Shown here: positions 51,948 through 62,998 of the stretch, one piece after another
How positions within the stretch are numbered: position 1 is the stretch's first letter
Layout: each line of letters begins with the position of its first letter
Assembly: GCA_964411345.1 (NCBI GenBank)
Contig: CAYPKP010000001.1
Location: 6,452-70,451, forward strand
Reading direction: 5' to 3'
Length of the DNA stretch: 64,000 nt
DNA from: an uncultured Rikenella sp.
GTDB taxonomy: Bacteria > Bacteroidota > Bacteroidia > Bacteroidales > VadinHA17
Position numbers and translations under genes: made by a program
The notes under the pieces: generated by a model
Database searches by the model: none
What the model was told of the DNA's origin: nothing
What the model saw: only the letters and a program-made list of their open reading frames with translations

Positions 51948-53504
51948 ATGATCATAGCAGCTATATCATCAGGGGTCTGTTTCGCAATTGCCGGGGCGGC
52001 CCTTATAGCGGGATCAGCACTGTCATTTTACCTGTGGCAACTGATGCTGCGAAACAGAAGGAACAAGATTATCACTGAGGCGGAGGCAGAGGCGGAGGTC
52101 ATCAAAAAGGAGAAGATACTTCAGGCCAAGGAGCGTTTTCTGCAGCTCAAGGCAGAGCATGAGAAGGTAATAAATGAGCGCAACAACCGCATATCCCAGT
52201 CTGAGAACAGGATCAGGCAGAAGGAGCTGACCCTCTCGCAGAAGCTGGAAGAGGCGCAGCGCCGCAAGAGTGAGGCTGACACCATCAGGGAGAGCCTGAC
52301 GCAGCAGATGGAGCTCCTCGAGAAGAAGAATGAAGAGCTTTCGAAGATGCACCGTCAGAAGGTTGAGCAGCTTGAAGCCATATCAGGCCTCTCGGCCGAT
52401 GAGGCCAGGAACCAGCTTGTTGAGTCTCTGAAGGAGGAGGCACGGACCGATGCGATGTCATACATCAACGAGATACTCGATGATGCCAAGATGACTGCCA
52501 CCAAGGAGGCCAAGCGGATAGTCCTTATGGCCATACAGCGTGTTGCGGCAGAGACTGCAATTGAGAATGCGGTGACGGTGTTCCACATCGATTCGGATGA
52601 GATCAAGGGCCGCATCATCGGCCGTGAAGGTCGGAACATCAGGGCTCTGGAGGCAGCCACGGGTGTGGAGATCATCGTTGACGACACCCCGGAGGCCATC
52701 GTGCTCTCCGGTTTTGATCCGGTTCGCCGTGAGATAGCCCGCCTGGCGCTTCACCAGCTTGTCACTGATGGCCGCATTCACCCGGCCCGCATAGAAGAGA
52801 TAGTAGAGAAGACGAGGAAACAGGTTGAAGAGGAGATCGTTGAGACCGGCAAGCGTACGACCATTGATCTCGGGATACACGGGCTGCATCCTGAGCTTAT
52901 AAGGCTCGTGGGCAAGATGAAATACCGGTCATCATACGGGCAGAACCTTCTTCAGCATTCGCGTGAGGTAGCGAACCTGGCCTCAATCATGGCCGCGGAG
53001 CTGGGTCTCAACCCCAAGCTAGCAAAGAGGGCAGGGTTACTGCATGACATAGGCAAGGTGCCCGATGATGAGCCGGAGCTGCCGCATGCCGTTCTGGGCA
53101 TGAAGCTTGCCGAGAAGTACAAGGAGAAGCCGGAGGTCATCAATGCCATAGGTGCACACCATGACGAGACGGAGATGACCACCCTCATCGCACCTATCGT
53201 GCAGGTGTGCGATGCCATCTCGGGAGCACGTCCCGGGGCCAGGCGCGAAGTCATTGAATCATACATCAAGAGGCTGAACGAGCTTGAGTCTGTTGCCCTC
53301 TCATACCCCGGGGTGACAAAGACCTATGCCATACAGGCCGGCAGGGAGCTGAGAGTGATAGTGGGGGCGGACAAGGTGACAGACAATGATACTGAGAGTC
53401 TCTCCTTCGAGATAGCAAGGAAGATCCAGAATGAGATGACCTATCCCGGCCAGATCAAGATAACGGTGATAAGGGAGACCAGGGCTGTCAACTACGCGAA
53501 ATGA
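51948..53504 (+). CDS. rny: Ribonuclease Y
   Basis: N-terminal TM helix [22 protein letters not shown], long coiled coil, KH domain [17 protein letters not shown] domain LLHDIGK...GAHHDE. ATG at 51948. Confidence 0.95.
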   Translation: MIIAAISSGVCFAIAGAALIAGSALSFYLWQLMLRNRRNKIITEAEAEAEVIKKEKILQAKERFLQLKAEHEKVINERNNRISQSENRIRQKELTLSQKLEEAQRRKSEADTIRESLTQQMELLEKKNEELSKMHRQKVEQLEAISGLSADEARNQLVESLKEEARTDAMSYINEILDDAKMTATKEAKRIVLMAIQRVAAETAIENAVTVFHIDSDEIKGRIIGREGRNIRALEAATGVEIIVDDTPEAIVLSGFDPVRREIARLALHQLVTDGRIHPARIEEIVEKTRKQVEEEIVETGKRTTIDLGIHGLHPELIRLVGKMKYRSSYGQNLLQHSREVANLASIMAAELGLNPKLAKRAGLLHDIGKVPDDEPELPHAVLGMKLAEKYKEKPEVINAIGAHHDETEMTTLIAPIVQVCDAISGARPGARREVIESYIKRLNELESVALSYPGVTKTYAIQAGRELRVIVGADKVTDNDTESLSFEIARKIQNEMTYPGQIKITVIRETRAVNYAK

Positions 53505-54661
53505 GCAAGCTGAAGATACTCAACATTGTTGGCGCCAGGCCTCAGATAATCAAGGCTTCAGCCATCAGTCGCGCCATTGCCGGCGAGTTTGCGGAAGATT
53601 TTTCGGAGGTAGTTGTCCATACCGGTCAGCATTATGACCGTGAGCTCTCCGAGGTCTTCTTTGACGAGCTCGAGATACGGATGCCGGATCACAACCTGCA
53701 GGTGGGCTCGGGCAGACACGGCCGCCAGACAGGCCTGATCATGGAACGCATTGAGGATGTAATACTCAGTGAGAAGCCTGACTGCGTAATCATCTACGGT
53801 GACACCAACTCCACCCTTGCTGCCGCCATCGCTGCCTCAAAGCAGCATTACCCCGTGGTGCACATAGAAGCCGGCATGAGGTCATTCAACAAGGCAATGC
53901 CTGAGGAGCTGAACCGAATCATGGCAGACCATGCCTCCACACTTCTCTTTGCGCCCACGAACACGGCCTTCAAGAACCTGATGGCCGAAGGCTTCCGTCC
54001 GGAGAACATTGCGCCCTATACCATCAACAACCCGAGGGTATTCCTCACAGGTGACATCATGTATGACAACAGCCTCTTCTATGCTGACCTCGCGGAGAAG
54101 AAGAAGCAGGATTTCATGGAGGGTCTGAAGCTGACGGAGAATGAGTATATGCTTGCCACCATTCACCGCGACATGAATACGGATGACCCGGAGAGACTCA
54201 CTGCCATTTTCAGTACCCTCCTTGAACTGGCGGAGAACAACAGCGTCAGGATGGTCATGCCTCTTCATCCCAGGACAATGATAGCGTTGCGCAACAGAGT
54301 GCCGGATTTATACCAGTCCCTGACGGAGAGCCGGTACATCACCGTTGTCAGGCCCGTTTCCTTCCTTGAGATGATAATGCTTGAGAAAAAGGCGCGGCTG
54401 ATTATAACCGACTCAGGCGGGGTTCAGAAGGAGAGTCACTTCTTCTCAAAGCCGTGCATTGTACTGAGAAAGGAGACCGAATGGGTTGAGCTGGTCAAAA
54501 ACGGCACCGTCAGGCTCGCCGATGCTGATCCCGTCAGAATCAGGGAGGCCTGGAACTACTTCATGAACAACAGTGAGGTGCTTCAGTATCCGGCCTTTTA
54601 CGGTGACGGCAAGGCAGCCGTGACCATGCTCAGGGAGATACTGGAGATATTCAGGAGCTGA
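53501..54661 (+). CDS. wecB: UDP-N-acetylglucosamine 2-epimerase (non-hydrolysing)
   Basis: 386 aa. [52 protein letters not shown] overlap with rny. Confidence 0.9.
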   Translation: MSKLKILNIVGARPQIIKASAISRAIAGEFAEDFSEVVVHTGQHYDRELSEVFFDELEIRMPDHNLQVGSGRHGRQTGLIMERIEDVILSEKPDCVIIYGDTNSTLAAAIAASKQHYPVVHIEAGMRSFNKAMPEELNRIMADHASTLLFAPTNTAFKNLMAEGFRPENIAPYTINNPRVFLTGDIMYDNSLFYADLAEKKKQDFMEGLKLTENEYMLATIHRDMNTDDPERLTAIFSTLLELAENNSVRMVMPLHPRTMIALRNRVPDLYQSLTESRYITVVRPVSFLEMIMLEKKARLIITDSGGVQKESHFFSKPCIVLRKETEWVELVKNGTVRLADADPVRIREAWNYFMNNSEVLQYPAFYGDGKAAVTMLREILEIFRS

Positions 54662-55514
54662 GTGCGTCAAGAAGTCTCCCGGCCAGCGACTCCACGGCCG
54701 GCCTGTAATCAGTCAGGAACTCCCCTGTAACACGGTTGGCGATCACCACGCAGACAGTCAGTGCCTTGTGGTTGAGAAGCTTCGCCAGGCCGTAGATTGC
54801 CGAGCTCTCCATCTCATAGTTGGTAATCCTCTCACCTTTGAAACGGAAAGATGCAATCTTGTCATTAATCTCACTGTCAAACGGCTCAAGCCTCAGGTGA
54901 CGTCCCTGGGGGCCATAGAAGCCCGGGGCGGAGATGGTGATTCCCCTGGTTATCTCTGCAGCAATGTTTTCAAGCAGAAAGGCGTCAGCCTCCACCGCAT
55001 AGGGGTACGCAAGTGAGTCGGGCCACTCCAGATGACCGGCGAGGGCATCGGCAAGCATATGGTCTGTGCACCATTCGTACCCTTCATAAAAGTGAAGCAA
55101 TCCGTCAAAACCTACCGCCCTGGCCGTGGCAATAAAGGATCCGGGGACAAGGTCCGGCTGCAACCCGCCTGCCGTGCCAATTCTGACAAAGGTAAGTGAG
55201 CGGGGTTCTTCCTTTGGCACGCCGGTGGTGAGGTCAATATTTGCCAGTGCATCCAGCTCATTGACCACAATGTCAATGTTGTCAGTCCCGATCCCCGAGG
55301 ATATCACGGAGAATTCCGTTTCCCGGTAACTGCCGGTGACGGTGCTGAACTCCCGGTTGCTCTTTCTGACACGAACCGTATCAAACATCCGGGCTATTGT
55401 CTCAACCCTGCCCGGATCCCCCACTATGATGATCCGGTCAGCAATCTCTTCCGGCAGCAGGTGCAGATGGAAAATTGATCCGTCAGCATTGGTTATCAGC
55501 TCACTCTTTTTCAT
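54651..55514 (-). CDS. Nucleoside phosphorylase (PNP_UDP_1 family, uridine/purine phosphorylase-like)
   Basis: 287 aa. IIIVGDPGRVETIA, VRIGTAGGL, NYEMESSAIYGLA. Confidence 0.8.
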   Translation of the reverse strand: MKKSELITNADGSIFHLHLLPEEIADRIIIVGDPGRVETIARMFDTVRVRKSNREFSTVTGSYRETEFSVISSGIGTDNIDIVVNELDALANIDLTTGVPKEEPRSLTFVRIGTAGGLQPDLVPGSFIATARAVGFDGLLHFYEGYEWCTDHMLADALAGHLEWPDSLAYPYAVEADAFLLENIAAEITRGITISAPGFYGPQGRHLRLEPFDSEINDKIASFRFKGERITNYEMESSAIYGLAKLLNHKALTVCVVIANRVTGEFLTDYRPAVESLAGRLLDALSS

Positions 55515-55900
55515 TCGGTTATCTTATTATGATTTCGTTGGTCTAACGGAACCTGCATGCAATAAAACAATTTTTCCCTTTTCATGTGTTTCTGTCAGTG
55601 CAGGTTTCACTTTATGATTTGATTATTGTTCAATTGGACAAAAGCAATAAGAATGGAATATTTACATTCAAATTCTCTCCACGTGATAACGCCCGTGCAA
55701 GTTTCTCCTCCATGAGAGATAATCTGCAAAAATACAAAAAATGTGATCGGCAAGACATTTTGATCCTCTGCCTTTGCCGCTGTTAAAGATTGTTAATCTT
55801 ATCCGGAACTGTCAGTTTGTTGAGTGAGTGAAATATATTTGCTGTCCGTACCTGATGTGTTCTCATGGACTGTACTCTTTCCACCTTTTTTGCCGGGCGG

Positions 55901-58369
55901 ATGAAGCTGATCATATTCATCGCGTTCCTTCTCACCATCATTTCTGTCAGACGGTCAAACGGTCAGGATGCAAGAAGCCTGGCAGCCTTGCGGATGGATG
56001 AAGCCATCACCGTTGACGGGGCACTGGATGAGAGCTCATGGAAGAATGCCGTTGCGGCAACGGACTTTATAATCTACAGTCCCTACAACGGCGTTCCTTC
56101 ACGTTTCAGGACAGAGGTCAGGGTTTTGTATGACGACGATGCGCTGTACATTGGTGCCATGATGTATGATGATCACCCCGACAGCATTTTTACCGGGCTG
56201 GGTCAGAGGGATGCGGGAGACATCAATGCGGACCACTTCTATGTTGAGATCTCCCCGTTCAACGACGGGCTCAACGGAGAGATGTTCAAGGTCTCAGCCT
56301 CCAATGTGCAGATTGACAACAAGCTGACAACGGGCGACAGCTGGGAGCACCATGATACATGGGACGCAGTATGGAACAGCCGTACACAGATCGGCGCCGA
56401 CGGATGGAGTGCTGAGTTGATGATACCCTATTCGGCACTGCGATTCTCCAAATCATCAAGCCAGGTGTGGGGCGTAAATTTCTGGCGCGAGGTACGTCGA
56501 ATAAGGGAGACCTCCTCGTGGAACTTCGTGACCAGGGAGTTTGGCGGAACAATAGCCCATATGGGTGAGCTGACCGGCATTGCTGACATCAGACCGCCAT
56601 TGCGACTGTCACTTGTGCCCTACGTCTCCGGTTACCTTGAGCACGGCACAGAGCAGCAGGGGGTAGGTACGTCGTGGAACGGCGGTCTTGACCTCAAGCT
56701 TGGCCTTTCGGAGAGCTTTACACTGGATGCCACCCTCATTCCGGACTTTGGCCAGGTGCAGTCGGATGACCGCGTACTGAACCTTACTCCCTATGAGGTG
56801 AAATACAATGAGAAGAGGCCATTCTTTATGGAGGGGACCGAACTCTTCAACCGGGGAGATATCTTTTACTCGCGCAGGATAGGAGGAACGCCGCACCTCA
56901 TGGGAGAGGTTCATGACATGGCAAGGCCGGGAGAGATTCTTGCCAACAACCCTGCAGAAGTAAGTCTCATCAATGCCACGAAGGTGTCGGGAAGAACGCG
57001 CGGGGGACTCGGGATAGGAGTGTTCAACGCCGTAACATCCGGCATGTACGCTGAACTGAGGGATACGGTTACGGGGGCAACACGGAGAGTTATGACGGAA
57101 CCTCTGACCAATTACAACATGGTAGTGCTGGATCAGACCCTGAATAATGACTCCTATGTGAGTCTCGCCAACACATACGTCATCAGGGCTGCCGAAAAGG
57201 ATGAGCAGTTCTATACTGCCAACGTCACTGCCGCCGAGGCCCTTCTGAAGACCAGAAACAGGCTTTATTCGGCATCCGCTGCTGCGGCGCTGAGCCAGAA
57301 ATATTACTCCGCCGCTGAGACCGGCCTTGGTCATTCGGTCAGTCTGAACATCGGAAAGACGGGAGGGAAGTTTCGTGCCGACTATAACTTCTCGGCAGTG
57401 AGTGACAGCTATGACCCGAATGACATGGGATATCTGCGCAGAAACAACGAACTTGAACACTCACTCGACTTCTCATACAACACCTACGAACCCAGGGGCA
57501 GCATAATGACAACCCGCAGTTCGGTAGATATGAACTATGACCAGCTGTATAACCCTCGCGCATTTACTTCTGCTTCGGTCAGTCTCAGTGAAATGATTAT
57601 CCTTATGAACTACTGGTCGTTTTCTGTTGATATGCAATTCACGCCCTGGGGTGAAGATGACTACTTTGAGCCCCGGACGCGTGACATGTCAAAGTTTTAT
57701 CACCGTCCTGCAGCATTTGAGGCCGGCTTCAGGGGTGACACCGACAAGAGCAAGAAGCTCTATGCCGAGCTTCAGGGCGGGTACTACAGGGCGTGGTCTG
57801 AATACGGTCAGCATGGCTTTGCATGGTCGCTGCAGGCTGAATGCAAAGTGAACAGAAGGTTCTCACTTGAATACAGCCTGGGAATGGAGAGAATGTTCAA
57901 TGACATAGGCTATGTCATGACAGACCCGGCAGAGATGACGATCTTCGGGAGGCGCGATATAAAAACAGTAACCAACACCCTGTCAGGTGCGTTCATATTC
58001 AGTGCCAGTTCCTACCTCACGCTGAGAGCCAGGCATTACTGGTCAGCTGCAGACTATGATGAGAGCTACTTTGAGCTTCTGGATGACGGCAGCCTCACAA
58101 GACTGTTGACACCTGACATAGTACATAACAGTGATGTCAATACCAACTTCCTGAATGTTGACCTGGTATACACCTGGCGATTTGCTCCCGGCAGTGAGCT
58201 GTCGCTCGTATGGAAGAATGCGATCTACTCCGAGGGCAGCGTGATTGTCAGTGATGCCCTCAGCAATTTTACGGATATGCTTTCAATGCCCCAGACAAAC
58301 AGCATCTCTTTGAAAATTTTGTATTACCTTGACTACCATAATTTCAGAAAGCTGTTTTCATCCAGATAA
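55901..58369 (+). CDS. DUF5916 outer-membrane protein with N-terminal CBM9-like domain
   Basis: Signal peptide MKLIIFIAFLLTIISV. ITVDGALDESSWKNAVAATDF and VRVLYDDDALYIGAMMYD are typical of the CBM9-like/DUF5916 family. The C-terminal two-thirds is beta-barrel-like. An alternative ATG is at 55865. Confidence 0.7.
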   Translation: MKLIIFIAFLLTIISVRRSNGQDARSLAALRMDEAITVDGALDESSWKNAVAATDFIIYSPYNGVPSRFRTEVRVLYDDDALYIGAMMYDDHPDSIFTGLGQRDAGDINADHFYVEISPFNDGLNGEMFKVSASNVQIDNKLTTGDSWEHHDTWDAVWNSRTQIGADGWSAELMIPYSALRFSKSSSQVWGVNFWREVRRIRETSSWNFVTREFGGTIAHMGELTGIADIRPPLRLSLVPYVSGYLEHGTEQQGVGTSWNGGLDLKLGLSESFTLDATLIPDFGQVQSDDRVLNLTPYEVKYNEKRPFFMEGTELFNRGDIFYSRRIGGTPHLMGEVHDMARPGEILANNPAEVSLINATKVSGRTRGGLGIGVFNAVTSGMYAELRDTVTGATRRVMTEPLTNYNMVVLDQTLNNDSYVSLANTYVIRAAEKDEQFYTANVTAAEALLKTRNRLYSASAAAALSQKYYSAAETGLGHSVSLNIGKTGGKFRADYNFSAVSDSYDPNDMGYLRRNNELEHSLDFSYNTYEPRGSIMTTRSSVDMNYDQLYNPRAFTSASVSLSEMIILMNYWSFSVDMQFTPWGEDDYFEPRTRDMSKFYHRPAAFEAGFRGDTDKSKKLYAELQGGYYRAWSEYGQHGFAWSLQAECKVNRRFSLEYSLGMERMFNDIGYVMTDPAEMTIFGRRDIKTVTNTLSGAFIFSASSYLTLRARHYWSAADYDESYFELLDDGSLTRLLTPDIVHNSDVNTNFLNVDLVYTWRFAPGSELSLVWKNAIYSEGSVIVSDALSNFTDMLSMPQTNSISLKILYYLDYHNFRKLFSSR

Positions 58370-58381
58370 CTGTAAACTAAC

Positions 58382-58837
58382 ATGATACAAAGGATTCAGA
58401 CATTGTTTCTGCTTGGCGTGACACTGCTGTCGGGGCTTATGCTTACGGGTGATCTCGTGATGATGGACAGCGGCAGCGGGACTCTCTTCAGCATAAACTT
58501 TATGGGGCTTTCAGAGAAAGGAGGGGAGATACTTCAGCGTCTGTGGCCGCTCACTTTCCTTCTTGCGCTGGTGCCTGTACTGTCACTGGCTGCATTGTTC
58601 CTTTACAGGAAGAGACCACTCCAGATGCGTATCACAATGATCGTACTCCTGCTGTCACTGGGTACACTCATTCTGGGTGCCTTTTATGTAGTGATGTTTG
58701 ACAGGAAGATTGACATTACGGTGCTGTGGAAGGTCAGGGCTCTCTTTCCGCTTGTCTCGGCCATACTGGCATGGCTTGCCCACCGTGCCATTCTCCGGGA
58801 TGAGCTGCTGGTCAAATCCTACGACCGGCTCAGATAA
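58382..58837 (+). CDS. DUF4293 membrane protein
   Basis: 151 aa. MIQRIQTLFLL N-terminus and 4 hydrophobic helices typical of DUF4293. Confidence 0.65.
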   Translation: MIQRIQTLFLLGVTLLSGLMLTGDLVMMDSGSGTLFSINFMGLSEKGGEILQRLWPLTFLLALVPVLSLAALFLYRKRPLQMRITMIVLLLSLGTLILGAFYVVMFDRKIDITVLWKVRALFPLVSAILAWLAHRAILRDELLVKSYDRLR

Positions 58838-59297
58838 TCTCCAGCCGTTCCTGGTCTGTGATCTTCTCGCAGTAGTGGCATTTGAGCGCCACCGGTTTCT
58901 TTGATACAACCCTGAACCGCGTCGTAACCTTCTCGAAGTTGGTGATGCACTTGGGGTTCATGCACTTGGCAATGGCAGTGATGGTGTCAGGCACTGCCAC
59001 AACACGTTTCTCAACCACCTCGTAATCCCTGATGATATTAAGCTTGGCGTTTGGGGCTACCAGGGCGATGCGGTTGATGTCATCATCCTCGAAAAAGACA
59101 CCGGCGATCTTGATGATTGCCTTCTTGCCGTCTGTCTTGCTGTCGAGGTTGGTGCCGAAGGTGATCTGGTTCTTTATCCTGTCGAGACCCAGTATCTTGA
59201 TAACCTTGAAAAGGGTTCTGGCAGGTATGTGATCTATCACTGTGCCGCTCTCTATGGCACTGACGAGCAACTGCTTCGGATCATTTGCTTTCTTCAT
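58830..59297 (-). CDS. pyrI: Aspartate carbamoyltransferase regulatory subunit
   Basis: 155 aa. IESGTVIDHIP and zinc site CMNPKCITN...LKCHYCEK. Confidence 0.9.
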   Translation of the reverse strand: MKKANDPKQLLVSAIESGTVIDHIPARTLFKVIKILGLDRIKNQITFGTNLDSKTDGKKAIIKIAGVFFEDDDINRIALVAPNAKLNIIRDYEVVEKRVVAVPDTITAIAKCMNPKCITNFEKVTTRFRVVSKKPVALKCHYCEKITDQERLEII

Positions 59298-59303
59298 GAC
59301 CTT

Positions 59304-60212
59304 CTATTTAAGTCCGAGTAATGTGGTTATGATAGCCTGCCGGGTGAAGACCCCGTTGAGCGCCTGTTCAAAATAGTAAGCCTTGGTGTTGTCATCCACG
59401 TCGGTGTTGATCTCATTCACCCGTGGCAGGGGATGGAGAATCTTCATGTCGGGCTTTGTCTCTCCGAGCATGCTTTCATGAAGCACGTAGGCATTTTTTA
59501 CCTTCTCGTACTCCATCGGGTCCGAGAACCTTTCGCGCTGAACACGTGTCATGTATATGATATCTGCCATGTTTATCACCTCTGCCAGATTGGAGGTCTC
59601 GTAATAACTCAGCCCCAGGTTCCTTAGATAGAGCTTGTATTCGTCAGGCATCATCAGCTCTTCCGGCGCAACGAAATTGAAGGAGGTTTTCCACCGCGAC
59701 ATTGCCATCAGGAGGGAGTGCACCGTACGCCCGTATTTGAGGTCACCCACCATGCATATGTTGAGATTGTCAAGCCTGCCCTGCGTCTTGAGGATGGAAT
59801 AGAGGTCGAGGAGCGTCTGCGTGGGATGCTGGTTGGCACCGTCGCCCGCGTTGATTACAGGCACGGTGGATATCTCACTGGCATACCTCGCACTTCCCTC
59901 TATCGGGTGACGCATGACTATCAGATCAGCATAATTGTTGACAGTCCTGATGGTGTCATTAAGTGTCTCTCCCTTGGTGACGCTGGAGCTGGAGGAGTCG
60001 GTAAAGCCTATAACCTTGCCTCCCAGCTTGTTGACGGCACTCTCAAAGCTGAGCCTTGTTCGCGTGGAGGGTTCGAAGAAGAGCGTTGCCACCACCTTGC
60101 CGCGAAGGATATCCTGAATTGGCTCCTTCTCAAATTCGGCGGCGAGATCAAGGATCTTCATGATCTCCGCGGTGGTCAGATCATCAATTGATACTAAGCT
60201 TCTGGTTTTCAT
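59304..60212 (-). CDS. pyrB: Aspartate carbamoyltransferase catalytic subunit
   Basis: [36 protein letters not shown]. The ATG at 60212 ([12 protein letters not shown]...) is preferred over the extended track ORF. Confidence 0.95.
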   Translation of the reverse strand: MKTRSLVSIDDLTTAEIMKILDLAAEFEKEPIQDILRGKVVATLFFEPSTRTRLSFESAVNKLGGKVIGFTDSSSSSVTKGETLNDTIRTVNNYADLIVMRHPIEGSARYASEISTVPVINAGDGANQHPTQTLLDLYSILKTQGRLDNLNICMVGDLKYGRTVHSLLMAMSRWKTSFNFVAPEELMMPDEYKLYLRNLGLSYYETSNLAEVINMADIIYMTRVQRERFSDPMEYEKVKNAYVLHESMLGETKPDMKILHPLPRVNEINTDVDDNTKAYYFEQALNGVFTRQAIITTLLGLK

Positions 60213-60306
60213 AAAAATGCGTTTTTGATGCCCGGATCTGTACAAATTTATGACAACTGCTGCCGGAAAATCCCGGGTGTTAAAAAGTATTTGAAAAATA
60301 ACTCTC

Positions 60307-60927
60307 TCAGTCTGTGCGGAGCCATTCCGCACTGACTCCTGTTATCTTGTTCAACCTCTCGGTGACCTGCAGTGAGAGGGATGCCCTGAAGGAGACCTCC
60401 AGCGAAACCTCCTGCCCTGAGTACTGGTGTGCCGACTGTCCGCAGCTCTCTTCTTTCAGCACCTTCATAACGTCGTTCATCGCCAGGTAGGGGAATCTGA
60501 TCAGCCAGTACTCGGTGAGGTGGCGTTCACTGACCGTTGCATTCTCAAGAGCGTCGGCTGCAGCGGTGCGGTATGCATTAATGAGGCCGCTGACGCCCAG
60601 AAGCGTTCCCCCGAAATACCTGATCACCACCACCAGTATGTTTGTCAGCTCCCTGGAATTGATCTGGCCAAGTATGGGTTTACCCGCGGTGCCCGAGGGC
60701 TCGCCGTCATCGTTCACCCTCCATGTCTGCCTGTCGGGTGAAAGGACCCATGCGTAGCAGTGGTGCCTGGCATCATGATACTCCTTACGCAGCTCCTCAA
60801 GCTTCGTTTTGATATCTTCCTGTGATGAAACGGGAATGGCATGGGCGATGAACCTGCTGCCCTTCGCCCTGTAAAGTCCTTTTGCTTCAGAGTCAATGGT
60901 TTTATAGGTATCGGAGAAGAGAGTCAT
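60307..60927 (-). CDS. YigZ/IMPACT-family protein (UPF0029)
   Basis: 206 aa. [45 protein letters not shown]. Confidence 0.85.
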   Translation of the reverse strand: MTLFSDTYKTIDSEAKGLYRAKGSRFIAHAIPVSSQEDIKTKLEELRKEYHDARHHCYAWVLSPDRQTWRVNDDGEPSGTAGKPILGQINSRELTNILVVVIRYFGGTLLGVSGLINAYRTAAADALENATVSERHLTEYWLIRFPYLAMNDVMKVLKEESCGQSAHQYSGQEVSLEVSFRASLSLQVTERLNKITGVSAEWLRTD

Positions 60928-60947
60928 ATTACCGAAGATATGTTGTT

Positions 60948-61697
60948 TCAGATCCCGAAAAGGGCCTTCGCACCCTTGAAGAGCGTTATCAGTCCCATTA
61001 TCACGAGAACAATATAGACAATGTTGGTAAATGCCTTCTGACTTATCCGTGCAACAAGCCTGTCGCCGGTGTACAGTCCGGCAAGAAGGGCCGGCAGGGT
61101 GCAGAGGGCCAGCAGCAGTGTCTCCTTTCTGACCAGTCCTGTGATAAGGTAGAACACCAGTGCATATGAGACAGCGAAAAGTATGAAAACGGAGATTACC
61201 GCATTGAATTTCTCCTTAGGTGTCTTCATCGAGGAGAGTATCACGGCCACGGGCGGGCCTGTTATGCCGGTGGCGCCGGCAAGCGTCCCGCCGAGCAGGC
61301 CGCTGAGGGTAAGTGCTCTCTTATCGGATCCGATATGGAAGTTGAATCCACGGAACAGTGCATAGACAATGAAGATTATAAGCACTCCCCATCCAAGCTG
61401 TATGTATGCCGGATTCACAAACTTCAGTATGAGCGTGCCGGCAGCCACGCCGACACCTGTCCACAATGCCATGGCTCCCAGCGGCTGACCGCTGATCACC
61501 CTGCTTGAACGACGGTAGTAGAGCAGAGAAAAGACAAAATTGACCATTGCAATGAAAACAGCCGTGTCAGTCACCGGCATCAGAAACTGTATGAGGGGCA
61601 CTGCCACCAGGGCAAGGCCGAAACCGGTAAAACCTCTGACAACGGATGCTGTGAAGATGATCAGTGAGAGAAGTATGATATTGCCAGCCGTTATCAT
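60948..61697 (-). CDS. TauE/SafE-family anion exporter
   Basis: About 250 aa from the ATG at 61697. 7-8 TM helices; FTASVVRGFTGFGLALVAVP and GLLGGTLAGATGITGPP are typical of PF01925 proteins. Confidence 0.75.
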   Translation of the reverse strand: MITAGNIILLSLIIFTASVVRGFTGFGLALVAVPLIQFLMPVTDTAVFIAMVNFVFSLLYYRRSSRVISGQPLGAMALWTGVGVAAGTLILKFVNPAYIQLGWGVLIIFIVYALFRGFNFHIGSDKRALTLSGLLGGTLAGATGITGPPVAVILSSMKTPKEKFNAVISVFILFAVSYALVFYLITGLVRKETLLLALCTLPALLAGLYTGDRLVARISQKAFTNIVYIVLVIMGLITLFKGAKALFGI

Positions 61698-61698
61698 A

Positions 61699-62877
61699 CT
61701 ACTCTTCGTACAGGGCCATCTGTCCGAATTCAGTCGTAAAATCCTCAATGGATTCATCCCACCGTGCGATCTCATCAGCGAGGGAAAGACCCTTTTCGAG
61801 AACCTCACGCATGCGGCTGTCACCTGACAGGATGTCAAACGGCATAAGCTTGTACTCATACTCATACGGAGGCTCTTTGAATTGCAGCGATCCCGGCGGT
61901 GAGGTCCTTATTATGGCATCAAAGAGGTGCAGTGCCGTCGCCACGGGTCTGAACGATGAAGCGTCGGTCACGTGTATCTGTATGCCTCTGCAGTATTCGC
62001 CTGCATATTTGTGAAAGGTAGGTATGAAGTCATGGATGCGGAAGCTGCATCCCGGCAGATCCCTGGTTCGCAGCTCGCCGAGAAGTTCCCGGCCGTTGAT
62101 CCAGGGTGCGCCGGTAAGCTCAAAAGGTATCACCGTGCCGCGACCTTCGGAGAGGTTAAGTGCCTCGGCGAGTACAGTGCCCGGATATACGGTTGCACTC
62201 TCCTGTGAAGGCATATTGGGTGAGGGCAGCACCCAGGGAAGTCCTGTCTCCCTGAAGAGTGAGTCTCTTCTCCACCCCTCCATCCTGATGACATGCAGCT
62301 CGCACCCTGGCAGATGCTTCTCCCTGATCCATATGGCCATTTCGCCCATTGTCATCCGGTGACATAGAGGTATGGATGCACCGCCGACGAAGGTGAAGTA
62401 CTCCTCCAGCAGCAGCGGACCGTCAGCCTGAACCCTGCCGATAGGGTTGGGCCTGTCAAGCAGATAAACTGGTATGCCTGCCTCCGCGCAGGCCTCCATG
62501 CACAGCTTGACAGTCCATATGTATGTATAGAGCCTGGCACCGACATCCTGCAGGTCAACCACAAGAGCCTCAAGTCCTTCAAGCATACGGGGTGTCGGCT
62601 TGCGATGCTCTCCGTAGAGACTCCAGACCGGGATACCCAGGACGGGATCAGTAGTGCTTTCCCACTCAATCATATTGTCCTGCGTCTGCCCGGAGAGGCC
62701 GTGCTGAGGACCAAAGAGTGCAGCAAGGGTGCAACCGCTGCTGTTGTGGAAGACTTCAGTAATGAACCTGAAATCGGAGGTGATGCTTGACGAATGGCAA
62801 AGAATGCCGATTCGCCTGTTGCGCAGCCCTGAAGGCATGCACTGTGATACGACGTCGAGTCCGGATAGTACATTCAT
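61699..62877 (-). CDS. DUF1343 protein (exo-beta-N-acetylmuramidase NamZ family)
   Basis: 392 aa. RIGILCHSSS, LFGPQHGLSGQTQDNM, DLQDVGARLYTYIWT, DRPNPIG. Confidence 0.8.
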   Translation of the reverse strand: MNVLSGLDVVSQCMPSGLRNRRIGILCHSSSITSDFRFITEVFHNSSGCTLAALFGPQHGLSGQTQDNMIEWESTTDPVLGIPVWSLYGEHRKPTPRMLEGLEALVVDLQDVGARLYTYIWTVKLCMEACAEAGIPVYLLDRPNPIGRVQADGPLLLEEYFTFVGGASIPLCHRMTMGEMAIWIREKHLPGCELHVIRMEGWRRDSLFRETGLPWVLPSPNMPSQESATVYPGTVLAEALNLSEGRGTVIPFELTGAPWINGRELLGELRTRDLPGCSFRIHDFIPTFHKYAGEYCRGIQIHVTDASSFRPVATALHLFDAIIRTSPPGSLQFKEPPYEYEYKLMPFDILSGDSRMREVLEKGLSLADEIARWDESIEDFTTEFGQMALYEE

Positions 62878-62998
62878 AACTGTGCAAAAATAATCAAAAG
62901 CGCCATGGCTGCAAGGAGAGGGTCTTCCCGCGATTTAAATAAATCGGTATATTTGCAACCACCCTGCGGGGTTATTTGTTATAAAGTCAAAAAGCACC

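Noticed and set aside
55515-55900. 386-bp AT-rich spacer with a 66-aa ORF (55586-55786), considered as a small gene or ncRNA
   Set aside because: The ORF starts at a non-ATG codon and its sequence is low-complexity and Ile/Lys/Phe-rich, as expected from AT-rich DNA. I found no hairpin cluster or repeat. It is most simply a divergent promoter region, with a TATATTTG box at 55834-55841.
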